A DNA stretch of 64,000 nucleotides from Candidatus Bathyarchaeota archaeon (GCA_963769425.1 CAVYLP010000004.1:224001-288000), one strand, 5' to 3'; shown: positions 20,642 to 30,853, counted from the stretch's first letter. A program made the numbers and translations. The notes: generated by a model from the letters alone, not told the origin.

Positions 20642-20935
20642 CTAGAGGCTCGCGATCTCGCTTATCTTCGATTTTATCTCTATTGCTCGGGTCTCGAAGA
20701 TGCGGACGAGTTCGACGGCCTCTTCGGGGCGGGGTTCCTCGGCGTGGCTGGCCTTGTAGTCGAGCCAGGCCTGGTAGGCTCGCATGTAGACGCGGCCGAA
20801 CATGGCGGAGCTGACGGAGTCGATGAGTCCGCGGTTCATGAAGGCGGTGAAGACGCCGAAGTTGCTGCTTAGCTTGTCCTCGCTGAGCTCTTCGTCTATG
20901 ACCTTTTCGATGATGCCCCGTAGAGCCGGCTCCAT
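20642..20935 (-). CDS. Hypothetical protein
   Basis: 97-aa ORF with host-like codon usage. Confidence 0.65.
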   Translation of the reverse strand: MEPALRGIIEKVIDEELSEDKLSSNFGVFTAFMNRGLIDSVSSAMFGRVYMRAYQAWLDYKASHAEEPRPEEAVELVRIFETRAIEIKSKISEIASL

Positions 20936-21120
20936 GGCGACTTCTTAGCCTCCTGATCCTTATTAGGTTTTAAGGGGTCGGTGGTTGCCCGGATCCGTGA
21001 AGATGGGGCGGAGAGGGTCCGATATTTCACCCTTTTAGTGTGCCTAACTATCAAATATCGTATTGAATATGCGGATCGTTTTTAATATCTAGGCAACTTT
21101 GTAGGTTCAAGGGGATAACC

Positions 21121-21699
21121 GTGGACACCGGTACGCTGATCCTAGTTGTGGTAGTCGTAATCATACTGCTAGCCATCGCATGGCTCTTCATCTCGGCGTA
21201 TAATCGCCTCTTCCGCTTCAGGAACGCTGCAGAGGCCTCGCTGGGGCAGATCAGGGTCGCCATGAAGAAGAGATTCGACATGATCGAGCAGCTCCTCGGC
21301 GCCGTGCAGGGGTACTCGAAGTTCGAGAGGGAGGTCTTCGAGAAGGTCGCGGCGCTGCGTGCGCAGCTCGTGAATGCGGGGCCCACGAACCTCGCTGATA
21401 TTCAGCGGGAGAGCGCGAACCTCTTCGGGAGCATACGCGCCGTCGCAGAGGCGTACCCTGACCTGAAGGCGTCTGAGACGGTGAAGAAGCTCATGGACGC
21501 CATCGCGGGCCTCGAGGAGGAGATCGGGCGGCAGAGGTACACTTACAACAACGTGGTACAGGAGTTCAACACGATGGTGGACACGATCCCCACTAACTTC
21601 GTCGCCGGGATCCTCGGCATGAGTAAGCTTGAGTACCTGAAGTTTGGAGACGAGATCGAGGCTCCGCCGAAGGTTACGGGGATTGGTCCGAATGGATGA
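21121..21699 (+). CDS. lemA: LemA family protein
   Basis: N-terminal TM, AVAEAYPDLKA, RYTYNNVVQEFN..PTNFVA. Confidence 0.93.
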   Translation: MDTGTLILVVVVVIILLAIAWLFISAYNRLFRFRNAAEASLGQIRVAMKKRFDMIEQLLGAVQGYSKFEREVFEKVAALRAQLVNAGPTNLADIQRESANLFGSIRAVAEAYPDLKASETVKKLMDAIAGLEEEIGRQRYTYNNVVQEFNTMVDTIPTNFVAGILGMSKLEYLKFGDEIEAPPKVTGIGPNG

Positions 21700-23503
21700 G
21701 AGCAGGCAGATAGCCATCATAGTAATTCTCGGGTTGGCCCTCGCCGTCGTCGGCGTGGCGGCGACTACGACCCTCAAGGACGTCGGGTTGACGGGACCCG
21801 CGGTGGTGAGCAGCTACGAGGCCCACTTCACCAGCAACGGAACCCTCACAGAGGACTACACATACACCTTCACGGAGCAGCAGTACCGGTTCCTCTACCG
21901 GAGCTGGGATGCCCCCGTCTCGCTGACGCCTCTAGGACAGCCATACATTAAACCTGTTCAGATCAACCCGCCGTCGGGCTCGGTTGCCTACGTCAAAGAC
22001 GCATACGGGTACGTCACCCTTGAGACTCCGAACGCGGGGTCATACGTGGAGGCAACGATCGACAGCCTCGCCAACTACAACGAGGTGGGCTGCTTTTACC
22101 CACAGCAGTTCACGCCGGGTGACTGGCACATCGGGTACACTTTCAACGTCTACCCCCCGATCGAGTACGACTCCAGCTACGACCACCTCAACCTCCAGTT
22201 TGCCAGCACCCACATCCCATATAGTAACGTGAAGATCGTGTTCGAGGACGCCTCCTACATTGCGGCCGTCTACCCGCACCCACCGAGCCTCACCGTTACG
22301 CGTACGGGCAACCAGATCGTGATTACCGGGAGCGCGGCGCAGGACGAGCTGCTCGAGGTCGAGCTGCTGATGACGCCGGGTGCTAGCCACTTCAGCGGCT
22401 TCAGGACCGCAGTCTCTGACATCAAGGGGAAGACGGACAGCGCGAACTTCTGGTACAGCCTCCAGTACAACGTAGCGACGCTGCTCGGCTACATCGCTAT
22501 CATAATAGTCTTCGCGGCTCCCCTCACACTCTACTGGGCGTACCTGAGGTTCGGGCGGGAGGAGGACGTGACAGTCCCCACCTACCTGAGCACGGTGCCG
22601 AATAAGGAGCGGAAGCCGTGGCTGGTGAACCTAATCTTCAGGAAGGAAATCTTCGACTTTGATGAGGACGGGTTCTACGCGACTCTGCTCGACTTCCACC
22701 TTCGAAAGAAGGTGAGGCTGGAGCCTAGGGAGCACGGGATGAAGATACACATTCTGGATGCGGCGGTGGACGACCCCTACGAGGAGAAGGTTATGGCGTT
22801 CCTCCAGAAACTAGCGGTGAACGGTGTATTCGACACGGACACCCTCCGCGACCTCGCTCACGACGTGCGCAGCGGCAAGGGGAAGTCGGCGATGGGACTC
22901 GAGATAAAGGCGGACCTCGACGACCTGATGCACTACTCAAACTCCTCCATCGTTAAACAGTTCGCAGTCGGCGGGAGAAGCAAGATTGTGCCCACCATAC
23001 TCCTCGGAGTGGCGATCTTCGTCTCGGCAATCATCCTCATCGTCTCCGCGCCGATAGTTGGATACCTGCTCGTCGCGCCGTTCCTGCTGGGAGCCATTGT
23101 AATAGTCCAGTCAGTGATTGCGCTGGCATTCCCCTCCACACTCTTCGGGAAGTGGCGCCCCGGCATGTTCAAGGAGAAGCTCGAGTGGGACGCCTTTAGG
23201 AACCACCTAGGCGACCTGGCGCAGCTAAGGAAGTATCCGACGGAGGACCTAAGCATGTGGGGTGACTGGCTCGTCTACGGCACCGCCCTAGGCGTGGGGG
23301 ACCGCGTCGCGGAGGCGATGAGGGACCTCAACGTCAACATAGACGTCGCGAGGTTCTACCCGCTGATGCCTCTCTGGTTCCGTCCGATAATCGTGGCTTC
23401 GCCTCCGCAGGCCCGGAGCAGCGGTGGAGGCTTCCACGGCGGTGGAGGCGGCGGCTTCGGAGGCGGTGGAGGCTTCGGTGGCGGCGGCGGCGGCGTCCGC
23501 TAA
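21692..23503 (+). CDS. DUF2207 family membrane protein with Gly-rich tail
   Basis: WLVYGTALGV, terminal GGGFGGGGGG repeats; usual LemA neighbour. Confidence 0.85.
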   Translation: MDESRQIAIIVILGLALAVVGVAATTTLKDVGLTGPAVVSSYEAHFTSNGTLTEDYTYTFTEQQYRFLYRSWDAPVSLTPLGQPYIKPVQINPPSGSVAYVKDAYGYVTLETPNAGSYVEATIDSLANYNEVGCFYPQQFTPGDWHIGYTFNVYPPIEYDSSYDHLNLQFASTHIPYSNVKIVFEDASYIAAVYPHPPSLTVTRTGNQIVITGSAAQDELLEVELLMTPGASHFSGFRTAVSDIKGKTDSANFWYSLQYNVATLLGYIAIIIVFAAPLTLYWAYLRFGREEDVTVPTYLSTVPNKERKPWLVNLIFRKEIFDFDEDGFYATLLDFHLRKKVRLEPREHGMKIHILDAAVDDPYEEKVMAFLQKLAVNGVFDTDTLRDLAHDVRSGKGKSAMGLEIKADLDDLMHYSNSSIVKQFAVGGRSKIVPTILLGVAIFVSAIILIVSAPIVGYLLVAPFLLGAIVIVQSVIALAFPSTLFGKWRPGMFKEKLEWDAFRNHLGDLAQLRKYPTEDLSMWGDWLVYGTALGVGDRVAEAMRDLNVNIDVARFYPLMPLWFRPIIVASPPQARSSGGGFHGGGGGGFGGGGGFGGGGGGVR

Positions 23504-23518
23504 CCCGCCCCGGGACTA

Positions 23519-23526
23519 TTTTTAAA
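23519..23526 (+). promoter_or_regulatory. Putative TATA box of the tRNA gene
   Basis: TTTTTAAA about 35 bp upstream of the tRNA 5' end. Confidence 0.5.
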
Positions 23527-23557
23527 TTGGGGCAGTTACTAGGTTAGGCGGGTTCGC

Positions 23558-23635
23558 GGACCCGTAGCTCAGCACGGATAGAGCACAGGCCTCCTAAGTC
23601 TGGGGTCGTGGGTTCAAATCCCACCGGGCCCGCCA
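23558..23635 (+). tRNA. tRNA-Arg(CCT), intronless, CCA encoded
   Basis: GGACCCG TA GCTCAGCACGGATAGAGC, anticodon arm CAGGC-CT CCT AA-GTCTG, T-arm GTGGG-TTCAAAT-CCCAC, CGGGCCC G CCA. Confidence 0.96.
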
Positions 23636-23642
23636 TCTTTAC

Positions 23643-23753
23643 GGTTCAGAACCCTCCGGGATTTGAACCTAAATGGGTTCAGGTCTTAATTTATAAATTG
23701 ATTTTAGACGTGAGAAGAGTCCGGTGGGTTCTAAACCTATTTGGTTCAGAACC
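23643..23753. repeat. Cluster of palindromic GGTTC-W-RAACC-type boxes
   Basis: GGTTCAGAACC (23643, 23743), GGATTTGAACC (23659), GGTTCA (23676), GGTTCTAAACC (23727). Confidence 0.7.
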
Positions 23754-23855
23754 TATATTGATATGGCTAATATTTGACGAACTGCAAATAATTGTACGAG
23801 CGTAATTTTGCTAACATTATTTAATATATAATAATCGGGGTTCCCCTCGGAGGCG

Positions 23856-24563
23856 TTGATGAGTGAGATATCGTTGGAGCCTCTAGTACGGACCCAGGAC
23901 CTTGTTAAGGTCTATATGCAGGGTGGAGAACCCTTCACTGCTCTCAACAAAATCAATCTCTCCGTTGAGAAGGGTGAAATGCTCACTATCATGGGTCCGT
24001 CAGGTAGCGGAAAATCTACGCTACTGAACATGCTGGGGGCACTGGATAAGCCAACGTCGGGTAAGATATTCATCGACGGCACGGATATCTCGAGTCTGTC
24101 CGACGATGAGTTAGCTCGCCTCCGAAGCAGGGAGATTGGTTTCATCTTCCAGCAGTTCAACTTAATTCATCGGATGAGTGCCCTAGGAAACGTTGAGTTG
24201 CCCCTCGCTATTAGTGGGGCACCACGTTCAGAGAGGGCCAATAGAGCGAAGCAGCTTCTCGACTCAGTGGGCCTTGGGGACAGGATCGACCATAGGCCTA
24301 ACCAGATGAGCGGAGGGGAGCAGCAACGTGTGGCGATTGCGAGGGCATTGGTAAACAATCCACCGCTTCTCCTGTGCGATGAGCTCACCGGAAACCTCGA
24401 CTCGAGAACCGGTCAGGAGATAATGACTCTGCTTCGTCGTTTAAACCAGGAGCAGGGCAAGACCTTCGTGCTGATCACCCACGACCCAAATGTTGCACAG
24501 GCGACTGATCGCCTTATACAGATCCGGGATGGGGAACTCGCGGGAGAGAAGAGGTTAAGGTGA
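23856..24563 (+). CDS. ABC transporter ATP-binding protein (LolD/MacB-like)
   Basis: GPSGSGKS, MSGGEQQRVAIARAL, TGNLDS, ITHD. Confidence 0.95.
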   Translation: MMSEISLEPLVRTQDLVKVYMQGGEPFTALNKINLSVEKGEMLTIMGPSGSGKSTLLNMLGALDKPTSGKIFIDGTDISSLSDDELARLRSREIGFIFQQFNLIHRMSALGNVELPLAISGAPRSERANRAKQLLDSVGLGDRIDHRPNQMSGGEQQRVAIARALVNNPPLLLCDELTGNLDSRTGQEIMTLLRRLNQEQGKTFVLITHDPNVAQATDRLIQIRDGELAGEKRLR

Positions 24564-24567
24564 TTAA

Positions 24568-26100
24568 ATGAATGAAGTGAAAAAGTATCTTGTAGCTTTC
24601 CTCCTCGTCTGTCTTCTAGCAGGCCAGATAGGAATAACCTATGCAGATGATTACATACCGCATCTTCAGGTTACTGTGAGTAACACGAACTTGACTGCAG
24701 GATCAAGTGGGAACATTATGATTACGTTCCACAATGGTGGAAACTTTGACGTAACTCAGATTGAGGCATTGCTGAGCTCAACCACCCCCGGTGTATCTAT
24801 ACTTAATGGGTCTCAATATGTGAACAACCTAATCACAGTGGGTGACTCAGCAAGTTACTCAGTTACTGTGTTTGTTGATCAAAGTGTAGGAATCGGTGCT
24901 TATCCTATCACGATGACCCTCAGTTATCTGCGTCCCCCGATAGGGATAGTGACTGAGACGATTCCATTTGCCGTCCGCGTGACTCAGGCGTTCCTACCGT
25001 TGCTTGATTTGAGTACAACTAGTACGGAGATAGTTGCTGGGGAGTTGAACAATGTCACAGTAATGGTGAGAAACACTGCCGGTGGAATGCTCAGTGACCT
25101 TGACTTCGTAATGACTTCTCCATCCCCATACCTTGCTCCGGTTGACTCCGCGAAGTTTCATATTGACAAGATCAATGCCAGTGAAACCTCTTACATCTAT
25201 TGTAAGATTCTGGCGCTTCAGAGCATTCCAGTTGGTGCCTATCCCATAAGTGTAACGATGTTGTACTCAGACCCTACTGGCAATCGATTAAAGCAGGTCG
25301 CATCATTGCCTCTGGAGGTAGTAGTTCCATCCTCGACTAGAAGCCCCATTGTGACGATTGGAAACACTGAAACACCCTCCGTTGTCCCAGGTGAAAGCTT
25401 CACCCTTCCACTTGAGGTCAACTGTACGGAGGCGACCTCATACAACACGGTGGCTTCGCTTACACTTGATTCGACGGGTCTTCTCAGTCCCTTGAGCCAG
25501 ACGATGATATCCCTAGGCGACCTGAAGCCGGGAAGCAGCGTTCCACTCGCATACATGCTCATACTGGATGGATCTGCGTCACCAGGCCAGATCCCAGTAA
25601 AGGTGAATGTTAGCTACACTGATGCCAAGGGTCAACCAGGATCGACTTCAGGTGTGTTCACAATCGTGGTCTCTCAGTTTTCGAGATTCACTCTACTTTC
25701 CAATCAGACGTTCACATCCACTCAGGGCTCGACTCTGACCATCAGCTCGACTCTGCTGCTGATTGGTAGTAGTCCAACGAAGTACACTAATGTTGAGGTG
25801 TTGCCGCTGCGACCTTTCACCTCACAGGCTGGTAGCAACGAGTACCTGGGGGCGATAGATCCAGACAGCCCGGTGCCCTTTACGGTGACACTTGGAACCA
25901 CAAACGCGAAGCCAGGTGCCTATACGCTCCAGTTGCATGTTACCTACTACAACGATCTCAACACACAGGTGGTGAAGACAATTAATGTACCTGTGAGTGA
26001 TCACGCAGCAATCCACAAGGACAACTGGAGGCACTACGACGGGCAGTGGGGACCTATTTGGTTGGATCAGGGCGATCCTAGGGATTCAGTGATTCGGTAA
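24568..26100 (+). CDS. COG1361-type S-layer-like / Ig-repeat secreted protein
   Basis: Signal peptide, repeated GAYPI.V...Y beta modules, YLGAIDPDSPVPF. A GTGAGTGA duplication near 25995 shifts the tail; the alternative frame ends ..DLFGWIRAILGIQ*. Confidence 0.75.
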   Translation: MNEVKKYLVAFLLVCLLAGQIGITYADDYIPHLQVTVSNTNLTAGSSGNIMITFHNGGNFDVTQIEALLSSTTPGVSILNGSQYVNNLITVGDSASYSVTVFVDQSVGIGAYPITMTLSYLRPPIGIVTETIPFAVRVTQAFLPLLDLSTTSTEIVAGELNNVTVMVRNTAGGMLSDLDFVMTSPSPYLAPVDSAKFHIDKINASETSYIYCKILALQSIPVGAYPISVTMLYSDPTGNRLKQVASLPLEVVVPSSTRSPIVTIGNTETPSVVPGESFTLPLEVNCTEATSYNTVASLTLDSTGLLSPLSQTMISLGDLKPGSSVPLAYMLILDGSASPGQIPVKVNVSYTDAKGQPGSTSGVFTIVVSQFSRFTLLSNQTFTSTQGSTLTISSTLLLIGSSPTKYTNVEVLPLRPFTSQAGSNEYLGAIDPDSPVPFTVTLGTTNAKPGAYTLQLHVTYYNDLNTQVVKTINVPVSDHAAIHKDNWRHYDGQWGPIWLDQGDPRDSVIR

Positions 26101-27299
26101 TGGACATCATAGACGTCCTACAGATCGCTGCCAACAGCGTCAATGAAAGAAAGTTCCGATTCGCACTAAATTTGATAGGGATTATGATAGGGTGCGCCGC
26201 TGTGACCGGACTCGTGTCGTTGACTCAGGGCTTTAGCAATAATATCAGTGGGCAGCTGGGTGCTTTAGGTGCTAATGTTATCACGGTTACGCCGTCGAGA
26301 GGAGGCTTCGGCCAGACAGGGGGTACAACGGGGACTGCACCTGAGCTGACTTTTCTCGATCTCAGCATCATATCGAGGATACCTGGAGTTGCTACTTCGA
26401 CTCCCATCGACTCCGGGGGAGGCGTTTCGTACTCTGTTAAGGGCAAAACGTATACTAACTCGAGTGACGGGGGTGACGGATCAGTACTTCGTAATCAATA
26501 GCGCGCTTCAGATCACTCAGGGACGTGTCCTAAGCAGGACTGATTCAGGTGTAGCGGTTGTGGGTTCATCGATTGTTCAGCCGTCTGCGAACAACACGAT
26601 CTTCGTGCTTGGTGATAGCATGAGGGTGACGGCTAATGTTAATGGAGTGTCTAAAAGCATGACTCTCAGGATCGTTGGGAATTCTGCAGACGACTGGTGG
26701 AAGCTTCGGGTCAAGTGACTCGGCGATACTTATCCCCATAAACACTTTCGACCAATTCTATGAGAGTGGTGGAAGTTTACAGCACTATTCAGGTCGTGGC
26801 TCAATCAGCTGACCTCGTGACGAATGTCACTGCGGCTATCCAGAAGCAGGTCAGTGGTATCCGTGTGTCGAACCCAGCAACCGCTAGGGCGACGGTAGCC
26901 AGCATATTGGGGACGGTTCAGGCGGTTCTGGGGGGTATTGCGGCGATATCGCTGGTCGTCGCTGGCGTAGGCATCGTGAACACGATGACGGTTAGCGTCC
27001 TGGAGAGGACGCGTGAGATTGGTACTCTTAAGGCCCTCGGCGCTAGGAGCCGGGACATACTGTTTATGTTTCTAACGGAGGCTGCCCTTACGGGGATCGT
27101 CGGTGGTATTATTGGGGCAATAGTTGGCTTCTTTGTCAGCACGATTGCCGGTGATATCATTGGGCTGTCGGCGGCGATTTCAATCTCTCTGGGTTTGTTA
27201 GTTGTGGGTTTCTCGATAATTACATGTGTACTCTCCGGTTTGTATCCTGCGTTGCATGCATCTAGGATGAATCCTGTGGAGGCTCTAAGAAGTGAGTAA
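26100..27299 (+). CDS. ABC permease, MacB/FtsX family (two frameshift regions)
   Basis: ERKFRFALNLIGIMIG, GIVNTMTVSVLERTREIGTLKALGA, PVEALRSE across three ORF pieces. Confidence 0.88.
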
Positions 27300-27958
27300 A
27301 ACTAATGTTGAAACTGTGAAGATGAAGGGAATACGAGGCTGGTTTGAGAGAAGAACTGGCAAGGACATGTGGATAGGCATATCCGTAGTACTGGCGGCTG
27401 CCATACTATCAGAGGTAACAACATTATTCAGGACGGGGGCGGCTGCATCGTCAACGGGGGCAAGTACAGTTCAGCGATATGACAATTATTTTAGGGAGTC
27501 GTTGTATCGACTCGGGACTTGGGTGCTCTCTAGCCTCATCATTCATGGCTCCTCTAGGCTTCTCAAGGGGAAGGGAAGCCTGAGAAGATTTTTTGCCATG
27601 AATGGTTTTGCGTACGTGCCGATACTGATTCAGAGTATACTCAGTGTCCTTGATGTCATGTTTTCGGGTGTATTGAGGAGCCCATTGGCTAGCCAGCCGA
27701 CTTCTTCAATTGTTGCTTACCCAATTTAACCTACTCAGTCTGATCGCAATTGCTCTGTCAGCCGTCGCTGTGATGGCGAATTATGGGTTGAATCGTAAGA
27801 GGGCGGCTATTGTGGTTTTGATTCCGGTTATTTTAATTTTGGCTCTGGGGTTATTAGGCATCCCAATTGGGGTCGGGCGATCTAATGCATTCAGGGGAAT
27901 TGGTGGGTTATTCGGCCGAGGCGGCGGAGGTGGCTTCGGTGGCACTCCCGGGGGATAA
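27292..27958 (+). CDS. Yip1-like membrane protein (frameshift near 27715)
   Basis: SRLLKGKGSLRRFFAMNGFAYVP; ..ANYGLNRKRAAIVVLIP. Confidence 0.65.
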
Positions 27959-27989
27959 GATAAAATCATTTTCGAGCAGTTCGCGTGAG

Positions 27990-28678
27990 GGCGCGCGCTT
28001 CTCGTTATCGTTCGCCGGAGCCAGAAGAGTGGCTATTGGAAGCATGGTTCTGTGGTCCAAGGCCACGAGGAGTTTTTATCCCAGGTCGTAGCCTCGACCG
28101 TTTCGTCCGACCAGAGCGTCGAGTCGGAATAGGCGACCCGGCTATCGTCGAGGTGCCTGATGCTCCTCGCCTTGATGAAGCTCGCGTCGAGGAGCACGTC
28201 TACCTCCCTGGATCTGCCTTTGAGGAGACGGATGACCTTCTCCTCGATTATCAGTTGAAGCACATTCCATCCTACTCGTCGAGTGAAGCGGCTGATGACT
28301 GATCTTGGGTAACCTCTCTCGTCACTTTGTATGAGGCAGAGTCGTCTGAGCCGTCGATCCACGTCTAGGATCCGGGTGAGTTCCCGTAGGCTCCTGATCC
28401 CCTTCATACGCATGATTATGAGGGCTCTGAGGATGCCGAGTGGGTTCCTCGGCTTCCTGCCTGGTCCGGTGGTGTGGTAGCAGCCGATGAGCTGTTGCTG
28501 GGCAATGCTTAAGTCGACGTTTCTGAAGAGTGTTTCAAGGGTCTCGTGTTCGTCCTGTCTTATGGATTGGAACTCCTCTGGTTCCCGCCATGGGTGACGA
28601 GACCCTTACTGTCAAGATAAGTTTATCATCTATTTAGGGACAGGGCAGACGGTATGAGAAACGTTTTCAGGAATAGAC
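27990..28678 (-). mobile_element. Degraded IS transposase (IS5/IS1182-like N-terminal region)
   Basis: GPGRKPRNPLGILRALIIMRMKGIRSLREL..YPRSVISRFTRR..LLDASFIKA (first DDE Asp); truncated and frameshifted. Confidence 0.7.
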
Positions 28679-28683
28679 AGTGA

Positions 28684-28831
28684 GGGTGTCGCGGGTGGCC
28701 TAGGCCCGCCGCGCGCTTGGTCCCGATGAGACCCCTAGGGCAGACTGGGCCAGACCCGAGCGGCTACCCGACTGGTCCGAGGAGAGACCCGATAGGAGCG
28801 TGCCGCCCGCAGGCCACCCGAGGTGACACCC
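28684..28831 (+). ncRNA. Putative IS110 bridge/seek-RNA-like structured leader
   Basis: Nested pairings GGGTGTC/GACACCC, CGGGTGGCCT/AGGCCACCCG, GCGCGCTT/GAGCGTGC and GGGCCAG/CTGGTCC immediately 5' of the IS110 ORF. Confidence 0.6.
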
Positions 28832-29664
28832 GTGAAATACGTTGGAATAGACGTCCATAAAAAGATGTGTCAGGCAGCCGTCCTCGACGAGGACGGGACC
28901 CTACTCGATGAACAGCGATTCCCCAACGACCCCGAGGGAATCGAGGAGTTCGCCGGAAAGCTAACCACCTTCCGCTCTGAGATCAGAGCGGTGGTTGAGT
29001 CAACTGGGAACCTCTGGATCCCGATCCATGACAGGCTCGAGACACACGGATTCGACGTGGCCCTATCAAACCCATCAAAGACAAGGCTCATCGCCGAGGC
29101 GAAGGTGAAGACCGACAAGGTCGACGCCAGGACCCTCGCGGGGCTGCTCAGAGCAGACATGCTGCCGACCTGCTACGTGCCCGGGGAGGAGCTCCGGAGC
29201 CGACGTGAGCTCCTGAGGCACCGGCTGAATCTGGTTAAGGTCCGCACCGCTGTCAGGAACAGGATCCATGGGCTGCTCGACAAGCATGGCCTCAGGATGC
29301 CGGAGGTGACCCACTTCAGCAAGGGCAACGTGGAGTGGCTGAAGGGGCTCAGCCTCGGCTTCATGGATGACGCCATACTGCGCAGCGACCTCGCGCTCCT
29401 CGAGACGGTGGACACTCAGGTCAATGTGATCGAGGAGAAGATCGCTGTTCTGGCTGCTGAGGATCCAGGGTGCGGCTGCTGATGACGATGACTGGCGTCG
29501 GCTACTTCACCGCGATGATGGTGGTCTCGGAGGTCGGGGACATCGGTCGCTTCCGCGGTGAGAAGGAGTTCGCGTCCTGGATGGGGTTGGCTCCGTCGGT
29601 GCGTCAGTCGGGGGAGAAGACGAGGATGGGTGGTGTCTCTGGTCCCGGTAACAAGAGTTTGCTG
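28823..29664 (+). mobile_element. IS110 family recombinase/transposase, frameshifted near 29470 and 3'-truncated
   Basis: YVGIDVHK, VVESTG, KTDKVDA (DEDD RuvC domain); GVGYFTAM..EVGDIGRF..GLAPSVRQSG (Tnp domain Ser); similarity ends after GNKSLL. Confidence 0.92.
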
Positions 29665-29772
29665 CAGGGGGGTGGGGCACCGCCGTCACATACGTCAACC
29701 ATCCGACTTTATTCCTTAGTCCGCGCTGAAACTCAATTAGTAAATACCAATGGAATAAATTATTAGGTGGAC

Positions 29773-29788
29773 CCCACCGGGCCCGCCA
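29773..29788 (+). repeat. att-like copy of the tRNA-Arg 3' end
   Basis: Exact 16-bp match to 23620-23635. Confidence 0.8.
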
Positions 29789-29789
29789 A

Positions 29790-30029
29790 TTACTGAACAG
29801 GGCCCTTTTTGTCGACTATCGTTGAGATGAAGGTTAAGTTTTTACGACGGTTATCATGTACTGAAAAACCTATTAAACGTGCGTTTGCGCCGTCCAGGTC
29901 ATAGAGATATTCGATCATGTGGGGATTCTCCTGCTGGAGGAGTTGATTGACGTCAAGCTTGTTGACTCCCTCTTCGGTGTTTCGGTAAACTCTTTGTAGA
30001 ATTGTTTCGCCGCCAATTTTTCTAATCAT
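29790..30029 (-). CDS. Hypothetical protein or gene fragment
   Basis: 79-aa ORF with no recognised motif. Confidence 0.35.
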   Translation of the reverse strand: MIRKIGGETILQRVYRNTEEGVNKLDVNQLLQQENPHMIEYLYDLDGANARLIGFSVHDNRRKNLTFISTIVDKKGPVQ

Positions 30030-30058
30030 CTGCCTTGTTTCAAGGTCATGAATTGGAG

Positions 30059-30853
30059 TCAGGGAAGATAACTGAGTCCATCAGGTGGCAGATATGAGGC
30101 AGCCTTCCAGTAGTGCATGAATACATCCCCACACCACTTGAGAGCATCCCCTCCCTTCGCCTTGAAGCCATAGTAATCCAACTTATCATCGAGCGTTGGG
30201 AAGAGGATCCACGGCGCTTCCTTCTCAGACATCACCAAGGAGACTGGCAACTTATTGAGGAACCTTCTCCCCGACCTTGCTGACCTGAGAGGGTAATCCG
30301 GACCCATCCCTTTGAGATAACGAATGTAGGACTCAGAGGGCACTATGTTACTTGGCATAATAATCTTATTCTCGACACCCCTACGAACAGCGTCTTCGGT
30401 CAGCTTGGCGTTGGTTATGTTAGGTTGCTCAACTATGCTCCAAATGTGCTCCTCGGCTTCACCTATCATCTGCTGCATATCAGACAGGCTTGTCACAACA
30501 TCGCTGATCAACGCACATGATGATAGTTCACCTAGCCGATGCTGAAACTCGAGTGGGAGTCCCGCAGCGACGTGAGTCTTGAAATAGGACCTGTTAGTCG
30601 AAAGAAATTCGTATCCGGAGATCAGTTTGATGACTTGCTCAGCGTAGGGTGTCAGGTTATACAGCCCCTTGCCATCCCGGTAGCAGAGGTCGAGGGCGAC
30701 GAGCCGGGCAAGCTGCCGCGAAACCTCCTGGTTGTTGGTTTTAATCTCTGCGGAGAGCTCGGTGAGCTTTAAGGGCTTCCACTGAAGTGTTGTCAGTATG
30801 CGGAGTCTGTCCTCGCTAGACAATTCGAAAAACAGGTCTAGGGAGTCTTTCAA
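30059..30853 (-). CDS. Archaeal HTH regulator (ArsR-like wHTH plus DUF1724/FilR1-like domain)
   Basis: LFFELSSEDRLRIL..EVSRQLARL..YNLTPY; WCGDVFMHYW. Confidence 0.8.
   Translation of the reverse strand: MKDSLDLFFELSSEDRLRILTTLQWKPLKLTELSAEIKTNNQEVSRQLARLVALDLCYRDGKGLYNLTPYAEQVIKLISGYEFLSTNRSYFKTHVAAGLPLEFQHRLGELSSCALISDVVTSLSDMQQMIGEAEEHIWSIVEQPNITNAKLTEDAVRRGVENKIIMPSNIVPSESYIRYLKGMGPDYPLRSARSGRRFLNKLPVSLVMSEKEAPWILFPTLDDKLDYYGFKAKGGDALKWCGDVFMHYWKAASYLPPDGLSYLP

Larger units (their letters stand above)
23620..29788. mobile_element. tRNA-Arg-anchored genomic island of about 6.2 kb
   Basis: CCCACCGGGCCCGCCA at 23620-23635 is repeated exactly at 29773-29788; GC drops after the tRNA; IS relics inside. 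Confidence 0.75.

Noticed and set aside
23420-23500. GGC-rich repeat tract
   Set aside because: It encodes the usual Gly-rich tail of DUF2207 proteins.
23608-23805. ORF starting GSNPTGPA as a split SSV-type integrase fragment
   Set aside because: It is the translation of the tRNA T-arm plus repeats, with no integrase motifs.
28684-28831. SRP or RNase P RNA
   Set aside because: Too short, lacks their conserved motifs, and is better explained by the adjacent IS110.
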